Positions 10,015 through 19,128 of a stretch of 64,000 nucleotides of DNA are shown here, piece by piece (position 1 is the stretch's first letter; each line of letters opens with the position of its first letter). Position numbers and translations under genes: made by a program. Location of the stretch: assembly GCA_016932045.1 (NCBI GenBank), contig JAFGDO010000003.1:12115-76114 (forward strand), in the 5' to 3' direction. The stretch is from Candidatus Dojkabacteria bacterium. Lineage in GTDB: Bacteria > Patescibacteriota > Dojkabacteria > JAHIVN01. A model generated the notes under the pieces. It searched no databases, had not been told where the DNA came from, and worked only from the letters and a program-made list of their open reading frames with translations.

Positions 10015-10476
10015 TTATAACCCCAGATACTCAGTTAAAGTCTCACTTGGGAAATAAACAAGGAATTGAGAATTTGGATCATGAATTCCAATAAATTCAA
10101 ATCCTTCCCCGGTGAAAAGTTCAAAATTTTTCCTTCCCAGGTATTTCTTCTTAAAAGAATCGTATTCTTTGACTTTAAAATCACCACAACCAATTTGCGG
10201 CCTTTGTTTATCTGGTTTCCTTATCCTGAATACTTTCAGGATATCTTTTCCTAATTTCATTGGTTTAGTAAGTTTTATCACAGGACCATTGTGCTCATCA
10301 ATTCTTTTCCCAAGCTTTTTCGAAAACTTAATAAGGGTTCTAAACTCACTATTTGAATGAGAAAAAATCGTTATATAGTCTATCTTTAAGCCTTTTTCGG
10401 AAATGTATTGATCTTTTACTTCGGATATTCCTCGAGCGATCTGTTCTATTTTGCCTATAACTTCATCCTTGCCCAT
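10015..10476 (-). CDS. Hypothetical protein (possibly VOC/YecM-like fold)
   Basis: 153-aa ORF co-oriented with neighbour; weak resemblance only. Confidence 0.65.
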   Translation of the reverse strand: MGKDEVIGKIEQIARGISEVKDQYISEKGLKIDYITIFSHSNSEFRTLIKFSKKLGKRIDEHNGPVIKLTKPMKLGKDILKVFRIRKPDKQRPQIGCGDFKVKEYDSFKKKYLGRKNFELFTGEGFEFIGIHDPNSQFLVYFPSETLTEYLGL

Positions 10477-10488
10477 AGATATAGCATA

Positions 10489-10923
10489 TTATGAAAATAT
10501 TAGATCATACCAAAGGCGCCATCCGGGTTTCAATTCCTCTTCCCTTACCTTCTCTTCACCTTCTGAATTCAACTCCTTTTGTTTTTCTATATATACGAGT
10601 TTCTGATTCGGAAAAGCTAAATTGAGCTCTTCTCGAGCTTTTAGATCTATATATTCTTTGCTAGAATAATATTTTAATTCCTCCCTCAATTCGGCATTTT
10701 TTTCGAAAAGCTTTTCGAGTCGTTCCTTTTCCTCAAGAATAATCTCATATCTTTCATAACCTTTCCTGATAATCCTAAATATATTTATGGAAAGAAGGAT
10801 AATGCTCAATATACAAATAGATGTAAAGATAACATACCCCCAATTTATACTTACCGATGAATATCTTCTGACAACCCCCTGCCAGAACTTAGATAAAATG
10901 TAGTTTATTTTTTTTCCTATCAT
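10489..10923 (-). CDS. Septum formation initiator (FtsB/DivIC family)
   Basis: Single TM, coiled coil, then EYIDLKAREELNLAFPNQKL. Confidence 0.8.
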   Translation of the reverse strand: MIGKKINYILSKFWQGVVRRYSSVSINWGYVIFTSICILSIILLSINIFRIIRKGYERYEIILEEKERLEKLFEKNAELREELKYYSSKEYIDLKAREELNLAFPNQKLVYIEKQKELNSEGEEKVREEELKPGWRLWYDLIFS

Positions 10924-11068
10924 AGCTTATTATAGCACCTAAGTTTTATAATATATAACTCATGGGCCAAGATATTAATTCGTTTTATGGAATTTTTTAC
11001 GAGTATTGACCTTACTATCTACATAATAGAACTACTTTAGCCGTTTAAGTACATTTATTACAAAATAA

Positions 11069-11097
11069 TTGACATATATCACCTTCAATGTTAGAAT
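11069..11097 (+). promoter_or_regulatory. Sigma70-type promoter of the tyrosine recombinase gene
   Basis: TTGACA-17 nt-TAGAAT with extended -10 TG. Confidence 0.7.
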
Positions 11098-11135
11098 TTG
11101 GGCAGTAAACCTCTAGTTTTCATAAAAATTAAAAA

Positions 11136-12020
11136 ATGACTTTACCAGAAGCACTAAAACAATTTACCGAATATTTAGAAAAACAGGGCCGATCATTATC
11201 GACGATAACCGCATATTCTAAAGACATAGAACAGATGAAAGATTATCTTTCTCAGGAAGAAAGTGTGAAAAAAATAGAAGAGGTTAACACAAAACAGCTT
11301 AATAACTATATAAATAAAATAAGGTCCGATAAGAAGAGTAATTACACTTTAAAGACGATTTCCAGGAAAATTAATAGTATGAAGACTTTATTTAAATTTC
11401 TGATCTCTGAACAATATGTTGACAATAACCCTGCCTTATCAGTAAAACATCCCAAATATGAGATTTCCCCCCCAAGAATTCTTACCAAATTAGAATATTG
11501 CGCCTTAAGGGACGTTACAAGGACTAATCTCCGCTTATTTACAATCGTCGAACTGTTACTTCAAACAGGTGTACGCATCGGCGAGCTTGCAAGACTCACA
11601 ATTGAAGATGTCGCCCTCGATTCAAATACGCCTAAGATTAATGTAAAAGCATTTGGTAGTAACCCCGCAAGAGAGGTAGAATTAAATTCTCAAGCAGAGC
11701 TGGCACTAAGAAAATACCTTGAAATTAGGCCCCAAGCCGAAGATAAGGTTAATGCATTATTCGTAACAAAGAATGGAAACCCATTACTTGTCAGAAATAT
11801 ACGAACAAGCATCACACGATCGCTAAAAAAGATTGGAGTTAAAGGAGCAACAGTTAACGATATACGGAATACTTTCATCCTTCATCAACTTAAGAATGGG
11901 ATGCCAATTGATGTGCTAGCTATTACCGTGGGACACAAGAGGATTACAAGCACAAAAAGGTACTTAGAACTAATTGACGATAAACCAAAGAGGAAATCTA
12001 CAAAGATATTACCCTTATAG
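11136..12020 (+). CDS. Tyrosine recombinase (XerC/XerD-like)
   Basis: N-terminal SAM-like domain (STITAYSKDI), TGVRIGEL, NDIRNTF, GHKRITSTKRY. Confidence 0.88.
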   Translation: MTLPEALKQFTEYLEKQGRSLSTITAYSKDIEQMKDYLSQEESVKKIEEVNTKQLNNYINKIRSDKKSNYTLKTISRKINSMKTLFKFLISEQYVDNNPALSVKHPKYEISPPRILTKLEYCALRDVTRTNLRLFTIVELLLQTGVRIGELARLTIEDVALDSNTPKINVKAFGSNPAREVELNSQAELALRKYLEIRPQAEDKVNALFVTKNGNPLLVRNIRTSITRSLKKIGVKGATVNDIRNTFILHQLKNGMPIDVLAITVGHKRITSTKRYLELIDDKPKRKSTKILPL

Positions 12021-12049
12021 AATTCTTAAAAGAAGTAAAGAGAAAACCG

Positions 12050-13453
12050 CTATTTGTTTAACGACTTAATAATTCCCCGTGCACCCATTACACCAGTAAC
12101 TGCAGCTCCTATAATGTTACCTGAAACACCAGCTCCATCTCCTGCTACAAAAAGACCCCTTATCTCTGTTTGAAGTCCTTTATCGGTCATTACCTTAGAG
12201 CCTCTATATTTAACTTCAGGAGCATAAAGTAACGTAGAACCAGCATTTATACCAGGCATCACTCGATCAAGTTTTTCGAGACCTTCAAGAATATCCGTTG
12301 TGATCCTGTATGGCATAGCCATTGATATATCTCCTGGAGTTACTTCTTTTAGAGTAGGAGAAATATAACTCTTTTCAATTCTTTTCCATGTACTTCTCCT
12401 ACCAGCTTTAAGATCGGCTAACCTTTGTAAAATTGGCTTGCCTCCTCCAAGGGTAGTAGCAAGTTCAGCTATGGATCTTGCATATGCTGTTGTATTTTCT
12501 ACCGGTTCAGTTAATTCTATCTCTGTGACAAAAGCAAAGTTAGAATTGGTCGAGTCATGACTCGAGTTCGTATGGCCATTTACACACACATACCCTTTAT
12601 AATCCTCTATAGTAACCGTGCCATAGGGACATGGACAGAATGTCCTTATAACATCATCAAAATGCTTTGTTCTCATCTCAAATATTGACTCGTACATGAG
12701 CTCACTATATTCACGCATCACTGACTCTGGAAATTCTACTCTAACACCCACCTCTATCTTATCGTACAAATATTCGATGCTATATTTCTTGCAAATATCC
12801 TGCAGCCACTTAGCACCAACTCTACCTGGAGCAACCAACGTTTTTCCCGCATAAATCTCTCGTCCCTTATCAGTGACTACCCCTTTACACACTCCTCTTT
12901 TTATAATTAAGTCTTTCACTAGGGTTTTAGACATCAACACAACTCCGCTATCTTCGAAATAATCCTGGATTTTCTTGATTAACTTTTCTAATTTATCGGT
13001 CCCTACATGTCTAGCTTTTCTCACATAAAGCTTGATATCATTTTTTTGTGCTTGTTCAACCAACTCCTGAACCCTATCGCTGTCCTTTGGATAGTACTCT
13101 CCATTGACACCGTATTCTGAGAATATTTTATCAACATAGTTAACTAGCTTAACATACCTATCAATAGAGATCAGGCTCAAAGCTTTTCTGTGACTGAGTA
13201 CCGGAGTGTAATGCAGTTTTCCATCAGAATAGGTGCCTCCACCACCAAATCCGACCATTGCTTCTGTCTTTTTTCTCTTCTCTGCCCTTTCTCCCCTTTC
13301 AATAAGCAAAATTGCTAGATTTGGATTATGTTTTAATAGTTCATAAGTGGCAAATATACCAGCAGGTCCTGCGCCCACGACTATGACATCAAAATTTTTT
13401 GACCTTTGTCTTGACATGAGAGGATTGAGGAAAAAAGCAGTATTATGATACAC
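12050..13453 (-). CDS. FAD-dependent oxidoreductase (COG2509-like)
   Basis: VVGAGPAG, GGGGTYSDGKL, RTFCPCP, GLFVAGDGAG; true start probably MSRQRS. Confidence 0.85.
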   Translation of the reverse strand: MYHNTAFFLNPLMSRQRSKNFDVIVVGAGPAGIFATYELLKHNPNLAILLIERGERAEKRKKTEAMVGFGGGGTYSDGKLHYTPVLSHRKALSLISIDRYVKLVNYVDKIFSEYGVNGEYYPKDSDRVQELVEQAQKNDIKLYVRKARHVGTDKLEKLIKKIQDYFEDSGVVLMSKTLVKDLIIKRGVCKGVVTDKGREIYAGKTLVAPGRVGAKWLQDICKKYSIEYLYDKIEVGVRVEFPESVMREYSELMYESIFEMRTKHFDDVIRTFCPCPYGTVTIEDYKGYVCVNGHTNSSHDSTNSNFAFVTEIELTEPVENTTAYARSIAELATTLGGGKPILQRLADLKAGRRSTWKRIEKSYISPTLKEVTPGDISMAMPYRITTDILEGLEKLDRVMPGINAGSTLLYAPEVKYRGSKVMTDKGLQTEIRGLFVAGDGAGVSGNIIGAAVTGVMGARGIIKSLNK

Positions 13454-13624
13454 AACTTGAGTAAACTGTGCAAATACGACATATATATTTTATATATATG
13501 ACCATCTATTCACCCATATCAGCATAAAAGCAAATACCCCGGAGAAATTGAATAAACTGCTTTTCTATTGTAAAATACCGAAGCAGTTTAAAAATATTTA
13601 TAGTAAAGTATAAATCTCAAACTG

Positions 13625-13735
13625 GGACCACTAGCTCAGCTGCTCAATGAGTTCAGGTTGAGTAGCTAGTTCAACAAGCTTACGAAACCTAGCGAGAATT
13701 AGTCCCGCTGAGACTACTGAATTGGGAGTGAGAGC
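13625..13735 (+). repeat. Duplicated 5' end (acceptor strand + D arm) of tRNA-Ile, interrupted in the D loop by an 85-nt hairpin element (13643..13727)
   Basis: GGACCACTAGCTCAGCTG[insert]GTGAGAGC versus tRNA GGGCCAGTAGCTCAGTTGGTGAGAGC; insert starts CTCAA and ends TAGTCCC...GGGA like the other two. Confidence 0.72.
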
Positions 13736-13773
13736 TTATTGAAAAAGTTGTTCTTTAAATAATCAATTCTATT

Positions 13774-13847
13774 GGGCCAGTAGCTCAGTTGGTGAGAGCA
13801 CGGTTCTTATAAAGCCGGGGTCGGTGGTTCGAGTCCACCCTGGCCCA
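13774..13847 (+). tRNA. tRNA-Ile(TAT)
   Basis: Cloverleaf GGGCCAG/CTGGCCC, anticodon arm CGGTT-CTTATAA-AGCCG (TAT at 13808..13810), T loop TTCGAGT; CCA not encoded. Confidence 0.9.
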
Positions 13848-13922
13848 CACTAGAAATATTTAGTAATTCGTAGCCTGTAATCCGAAGGAATTCCATCCAA
13901 GAGGGAGATTACAATATATAAA

Positions 13923-15119
13923 TTACGCACCCTGACTTCTCTTTAAGATCAACTTTTCGTTATAAGAAAACAATAAAAACGCAGAGGCAAAACACACGAG
14001 CTGGCCATAATTCCACAAAAACGAAGTTAAGAAGTTCAAACTACTCAAATATCCAAAAGAAAAAAACACCATTGGACAGAGACAAGTAATTAAAACAAAA
14101 AGAATCTTTTTCTTAAAATCGTAACCTTTCGCAAGAAAATAAACTGGCAGTATAGCAAATGTTAGAGAATATGGCTTAAACCTTGGCAAGATGAGCATTA
14201 TACACAACACACCAAAAGAAAATAATTTTAGATAACTTCTTTTCTCTCGAGTATATCTATAGAAAGTAAATAGAACAAACAGCACAAAAAGAGCGTATAG
14301 TACCACTACTAATTCATTATTGCCATCCATAATTCTTTCTGCTGCCTCATTAATAAGAAAAAACATCGAAGGATTATTCACGCCGCCTTTTTCAAAAATC
14401 GGACTGTGTTGGTTATCTATACCCCCTGTAAGTGACAAATAGTAGGAAGAAGAAATCCCTGGGAACAAAATATACGATAAAAGATGAAGTAACAAAAACG
14501 TAAGTACAACAAGAGAAAAGAGCCTCATCTTTTCTCTCTTTGAAGTCCTTGAAAACAAAAGAAGAATACTATAAAAGACTGAAGTAATCTTCAAAAAGGA
14601 AAGAACTCCAATTATAAAAGCCGGCAATCGATGCTTTCTATTAATAATACCAAGAAAAATAAAAGCAAATAAACTCAGCTCAATTAAACCCACATTCCCC
14701 ACAAGAAAATTCCAGAAAGTGGCTGCAAAACAGCTTGTGAGTAATGTAACAAAGAATAATGGCTTAAAAGTCGTATCCCCTCTTTTAACAATAAAATAAA
14801 CGAATAAAAGAAGCAGAACCCAAATAAGATGGTACGTAAAAACTGAATCAAGAAAGCGAAGAAGTTTTAAAAAAAACAGACTTAAGGGAGGGTAAATGAA
14901 CGAGAACGGACTATCTGAATAAATCTTTACATTACTTACTACATACGGATCACAACCGTCATCATAAGTTCTTACTGCCCCACAGTAAATATTAAAATCA
15001 CCACCTGCAAGATATCTCAGAAGGCCAACCTCAATGAAGAATATACTAAGAATGATGATTGTTATACAGCAAGTATTAAATGCAGCCTCCCAGATAGACT
15101 TTGATTCTTCTTCCGCCAT
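13923..15119 (-). CDS. GT87/DUF2029-like membrane glycosyltransferase (GT-C)
   Basis: DFNIY, FIYPPLS, GNVGL and NNPS motifs in a multi-pass membrane protein. Confidence 0.75.
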   Translation of the reverse strand: MAEEESKSIWEAAFNTCCITIIILSIFFIEVGLLRYLAGGDFNIYCGAVRTYDDGCDPYVVSNVKIYSDSPFSFIYPPLSLFFLKLLRFLDSVFTYHLIWVLLLLFVYFIVKRGDTTFKPLFFVTLLTSCFAATFWNFLVGNVGLIELSLFAFIFLGIINRKHRLPAFIIGVLSFLKITSVFYSILLLFSRTSKREKMRLFSLVVLTFLLLHLLSYILFPGISSSYYLSLTGGIDNQHSPIFEKGGVNNPSMFFLINEAAERIMDGNNELVVVLYALFVLFVLFTFYRYTREKRSYLKLFSFGVLCIMLILPRFKPYSLTFAILPVYFLAKGYDFKKKILFVLITCLCPMVFFSFGYLSSLNFLTSFLWNYGQLVCFASAFLLFSYNEKLILKRSQGA

Positions 15120-15148
15120 AAGGAGTGAGTTAACTAAGTATCAAATCA

Positions 15149-17611
15149 CTACATAAGTTTAGGGCCTGGAAATGAAGGTGGCGAAAAGCCCCCAGGAGCA
15201 CCAAGACTTGGTGCTGCCGGCTTGTACTCCTCTTCAAGTTCAGCTCTCTGCATGATCTCTGTCTCAACCATGGATCTGTCTCTACCATACTTTAATCTCG
15301 AAAGCTCTTTTACTGTTTGAGCAATTTGCATATCAGACTTCAAGTGACCGAATGGTGCATTTTCAAGGTGAGTATAAATTGAAAAAGGAGGAGGATATTC
15401 ACCATCAACTAATAACTTTATATATGCGTTAATAGCCTCAAGGTTTACAAGGTCATTCTGATCAAATATTGGAACGAACTCGTTTTGTAAATACTGAGCA
15501 TCACTTACTCCCACCTTAAAACTTACAATTGATCCTACATTGCCAAATACTGCATCCCTAATTCGCTCATCAATCTGAGCAATATATTGATTTGCCACAA
15601 TAAGATTTAGCTTATATTTTCTTGCCTCTGAAAGAATCTGGGCAAAGTCATCCGTAGCAAAGTTCTGGAATTCATCAACATACAGGTAAAAGTCCTGTCT
15701 TTGTTCTTCGGGTATATCAGCACGGCTCATTGCAGCAGACAGAATTTTTGGCACTAATAATAAACCTAGAAATTGTGAGTTTTCTTCTCCAACCAGACCT
15801 TTTGATAGGTTCACAATTAGAATTTTCTTCTCATCCATAATCTTCCTGATATTAAAACTCGACTTACCCTGTCCAATGATATTTCTCATAAGCTTGTTTG
15901 TTACAAACCTGTCAAATTTAGACACAATATAACCCAAAACTTCACTCTTATGGAAATCACTGGTTTGTGCTATCTCATCAGTCCAGTAACGTCTAACAAT
16001 ATCATCCTTTACAAGCGGCAGCTTCTTTTTCACAAACTGGGGATCAGTTAGTATCCTCATTACTTCAACCAAGGTATTACCCTCTTCTGACATAGCAGTT
16101 AGCATAGCATTTCTAACAGCTCGTTCAAATCTCGGTCCCACAATTCCTTGCCTGTTTGGATCAAACATCTTATACATAAGCCCAATGAAGGCATTTACAA
16201 TCCTATGCTTATCCTGCTCATCTAAGAAATCAATTACGTTAAAACCTATTGGTCTTTCTGTATCAGCTGGATTAAAATAAATTACATCCTCTGCTCTCTC
16301 TGGAGGAATTCTTTCAATAAGCCACTCCGAGGGATCACCGTGAGGATCAAGAAAAGCCAGCCCTTTTCCAGCCTTTATATCCTGCCAAATCATACTCTGC
16401 AAAAAGTAGGATTTACCAACACCGGTTTTTCCAACAATATACATATGTCTCCTTCGATCATCCTCCTTTATGCATACGTCTCTAGAAACTCCTCTATATA
16501 TTGACTTGCCAAGCCATAATCCTTTTGTAGGTACCTCCTGAGAAGCAGGAGCTCTTTTTGCTAGCAACCAGTGAATATGAGGGGTTTGAATATTCTTGTT
16601 CGGGAAATGATATATTGTAGCCAATTCTTCGGTATTCAATACATTTTCGGCAACCGGAATTCTATAGATAAATCTCCTAATAAAGCTCCTTGCCTTACCT
16701 CCACTTAGACTTTTCTTTTTTAAACTATTTCCCTGTTGATTCTTTAGAGACTCAAATGCCGCAAGTATATTCATAACGTGTCTGTTGGCATCTTCTTGCG
16801 TACGTCCTACAGCAACAACCCTCAGGTCGGTCGCAAAGCCGACCTTTGTGCATTTCTTCTCAACCGCAGCAATAACATCTTCTTGAATTGGAACTTTTTT
16901 TTCTTCGTTTTCTGAAGCCTTTGACTTGAGGTTGTTCACAAAGGACTTCCCGTTTGTTCTCCATTTATTGCCGGAAGACGAGATTATAACTTGTAATGCT
17001 ATCCCCTCTCCTTCATTTAATTTGCTTATAGCATTCGTGAGTGAAGAGAGCAAATCCACAGACAAATCTTCATAAGTTTTAATCGGTTTATATTTTTCAC
17101 TCTCCTGAACAAGAACCGCAAATGCCACTTTTCCATTCTCTTCAAATATATTGTACTCCTCTACATCTCTTACATCCGCCGTAGGATATGAGGCATGAAT
17201 CTGTTTCTCTATCATCACGCGTAAATTTTTAGGTACAGCTACAAAAAACCTTATAGTTTCAGGAAAGGCTATAATTTCAAAACTAATAAAATCCGCTGCT
17301 TTAAATTTACTCTTTATGCCTTTTTGTGACGAGAGGCCGTACAACGAGGAAAAAAGCTGATCCATAGCATTTATCTCTACTTCGTTATTTTGCGGGACCC
17401 TGACCTCGAGAAGATCCATACTAAGTGATCTTTTCTCAAACGCAGCCTCCTTTATCCTTCTTGCCAATAACATAAACACGAAAATACTTACAACCAAAAC
17501 GAGTATGAATAAGAGGATAGCCCCTACCATAAGGATACCATTGTCAGACTGCTGGGTTCTTACCGAATTCCCTGTTTCACCTATTGTTTGTGCAATAACT
17601 TGTGAAATCAT
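15149..17611 (-). CDS. VirD4/TraD-like type IV coupling ATPase (DUF87/HerA-related)
   Basis: N-terminal TM; DRRRHMYIVGKTGVGKS, LDPHGD, LYVDEFQNF, SEARKY. Confidence 0.88.
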   Translation of the reverse strand: MISQVIAQTIGETGNSVRTQQSDNGILMVGAILLFILVLVVSIFVFMLLARRIKEAAFEKRSLSMDLLEVRVPQNNEVEINAMDQLFSSLYGLSSQKGIKSKFKAADFISFEIIAFPETIRFFVAVPKNLRVMIEKQIHASYPTADVRDVEEYNIFEENGKVAFAVLVQESEKYKPIKTYEDLSVDLLSSLTNAISKLNEGEGIALQVIISSSGNKWRTNGKSFVNNLKSKASENEEKKVPIQEDVIAAVEKKCTKVGFATDLRVVAVGRTQEDANRHVMNILAAFESLKNQQGNSLKKKSLSGGKARSFIRRFIYRIPVAENVLNTEELATIYHFPNKNIQTPHIHWLLAKRAPASQEVPTKGLWLGKSIYRGVSRDVCIKEDDRRRHMYIVGKTGVGKSYFLQSMIWQDIKAGKGLAFLDPHGDPSEWLIERIPPERAEDVIYFNPADTERPIGFNVIDFLDEQDKHRIVNAFIGLMYKMFDPNRQGIVGPRFERAVRNAMLTAMSEEGNTLVEVMRILTDPQFVKKKLPLVKDDIVRRYWTDEIAQTSDFHKSEVLGYIVSKFDRFVTNKLMRNIIGQGKSSFNIRKIMDEKKILIVNLSKGLVGEENSQFLGLLLVPKILSAAMSRADIPEEQRQDFYLYVDEFQNFATDDFAQILSEARKYKLNLIVANQYIAQIDERIRDAVFGNVGSIVSFKVGVSDAQYLQNEFVPIFDQNDLVNLEAINAYIKLLVDGEYPPPFSIYTHLENAPFGHLKSDMQIAQTVKELSRLKYGRDRSMVETEIMQRAELEEEYKPAAPSLGAPGGFSPPSFPGPKLM

Positions 17612-17935
17612 GATTAAAATGGTAGCAGAATTTGAATAGCATTTTCTACAATTAAAATGGAAATTACAAATTCTATACTCAAATTCCTAAACTACAAAGT
17701 ATATTTTTTATTCTACATTTAAATAATCTAAAAGAAAAGTGTCATTGATAGCTCGCCTTAAGTGATTGCGGAAAAGTAAGGGCATGATTTTGTTAAATTT
17801 CGGTAGAATTGATCTAGATGATCAAAAATTATTGAAATAATCAAATTTGCTCACTTAAAACATACGAACCATTTTGATCATTTACATCAAGAATATTTGT
17901 TCAGTGAGGAAACCGTAGCTTCTCCGTTGAGAAAA

Positions 17936-18469
17936 TTATGACTCGGTCTTATACATTCTAACCAACCTGTTTATAAGTACAAACAACCATGTTTTGGCAG
18001 AAAAAACATCACCTTTAACTTTGTTGCCTTGAGTTTTTTGGCCCGCTAACGATGCGTTTCTTGAGAGCTGATACCCATAAACTTTAAATGGACTTTCAAA
18101 CTTCTGTTGGTCCGGAACAACATTTGGTGCTTCAACAGCCTTCTCTTTTTTCTCCTCCTCAACTCTCTCTTCTTTTAAAGCTTCAGATCCTTTCTCTGGT
18201 TCGACTTTTACTTCAGGTACTACTAATCGTTCCCCACCCTCAACTCTAGATGGTACCTCCGGAGAAGCACCAGGGATCACGGGCTGTATTTGCTGAACTG
18301 GCACTTGAGGAATATTTGAGACTTGCTGTCCCCGTTGGGTAGGGACTTGGGGAGAATAAGACATCGGATTTGCCGATGCAAATGGATAGGGAGTAGTAAC
18401 CGCTCCTACTCCAGTATTCTGGGAATTTGGATTGTCTGATACCTGATTCTGTATAATCTGATTGTCCAT
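17936..18469 (-). CDS. Hypothetical Pro/Gln-rich protein
   Basis: Low-complexity N-terminus with an ordered-looking C-terminal helix (SAKTWLFVLINRL). Confidence 0.7.
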   Translation of the reverse strand: MDNQIIQNQVSDNPNSQNTGVGAVTTPYPFASANPMSYSPQVPTQRGQQVSNIPQVPVQQIQPVIPGASPEVPSRVEGGERLVVPEVKVEPEKGSEALKEERVEEEKKEKAVEAPNVVPDQQKFESPFKVYGYQLSRNASLAGQKTQGNKVKGDVFSAKTWLFVLINRLVRMYKTES

Positions 18470-18651
18470 AATTTGTAAGTCGAATAGTTCTAATCTATTT
18501 TATGTTGTTCACTTTATCTTAAAATCATTTGACTCTAATAAAATCTCTCGGACAGCAACTGGAAATCTTCCAAAAATTATCTTAGAAGTCAATTTAATCA
18601 GCAACAGCTCGCATATTTTATCATATCTCATCTACATTCCCAAACAAATTG

Positions 18652-19128
18652 TCAAAACTTTTCAATTCCAGCAATATCTTCTCTTACCTGTCTCTTCATC
18701 TCCCTCTCTTTAATTTTTTTCCTCTTATCATACTTCTTCCTTCCTTTCCCAGCACCTATTTTCACTTTTAATTTCCCATTTTGACTAAATATCTCTAGTG
18801 GGATTATAGCCATTTTCTTGGCATCTTGGAGAATTCGTAATTCTTCAACCTCTCTTTTAGTTAATAGTAATTTCCTCCTTATCCTTGGATCGTAATCAGT
18901 AATATCCGCAAACTTCCACTTTGAAATGTGAGCATTTATAAGCCATACTTCACCCCTTTCAACTCTTACAAAGCTCTCTTTTAGACTGATATTCCCATTT
19001 CTTACAGACTTGACTTCGTACCCTCTCAAAACCATACCTGCTACAAAACTCTTAGAGATTTCATAATCAAACCTAGCACGTTTATTCTGAGCTAGTATCT
19101 TTTTACTCGAGGGATTCTTTGTATTCAT
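18652..19128 (-). CDS. smpB: SsrA-binding protein SmpB
   Basis: NKRARFDY, AGMVLRGYEVKS, RKLLLTKRE, GRKKYDKR; start reassigned to ATG 19128. Confidence 0.96.
   Translation of the reverse strand: MNTKNPSSKKILAQNKRARFDYEISKSFVAGMVLRGYEVKSVRNGNISLKESFVRVERGEVWLINAHISKWKFADITDYDPRIRRKLLLTKREVEELRILQDAKKMAIIPLEIFSQNGKLKVKIGAGKGRKKYDKRKKIKEREMKRQVREDIAGIEKF

Noticed and set aside
11136-12020. Integron integrase or prophage integrase
   Set aside because: No IntI-specific insertion, no attC-like repeats between the orphan genes, no phage genes adjacent
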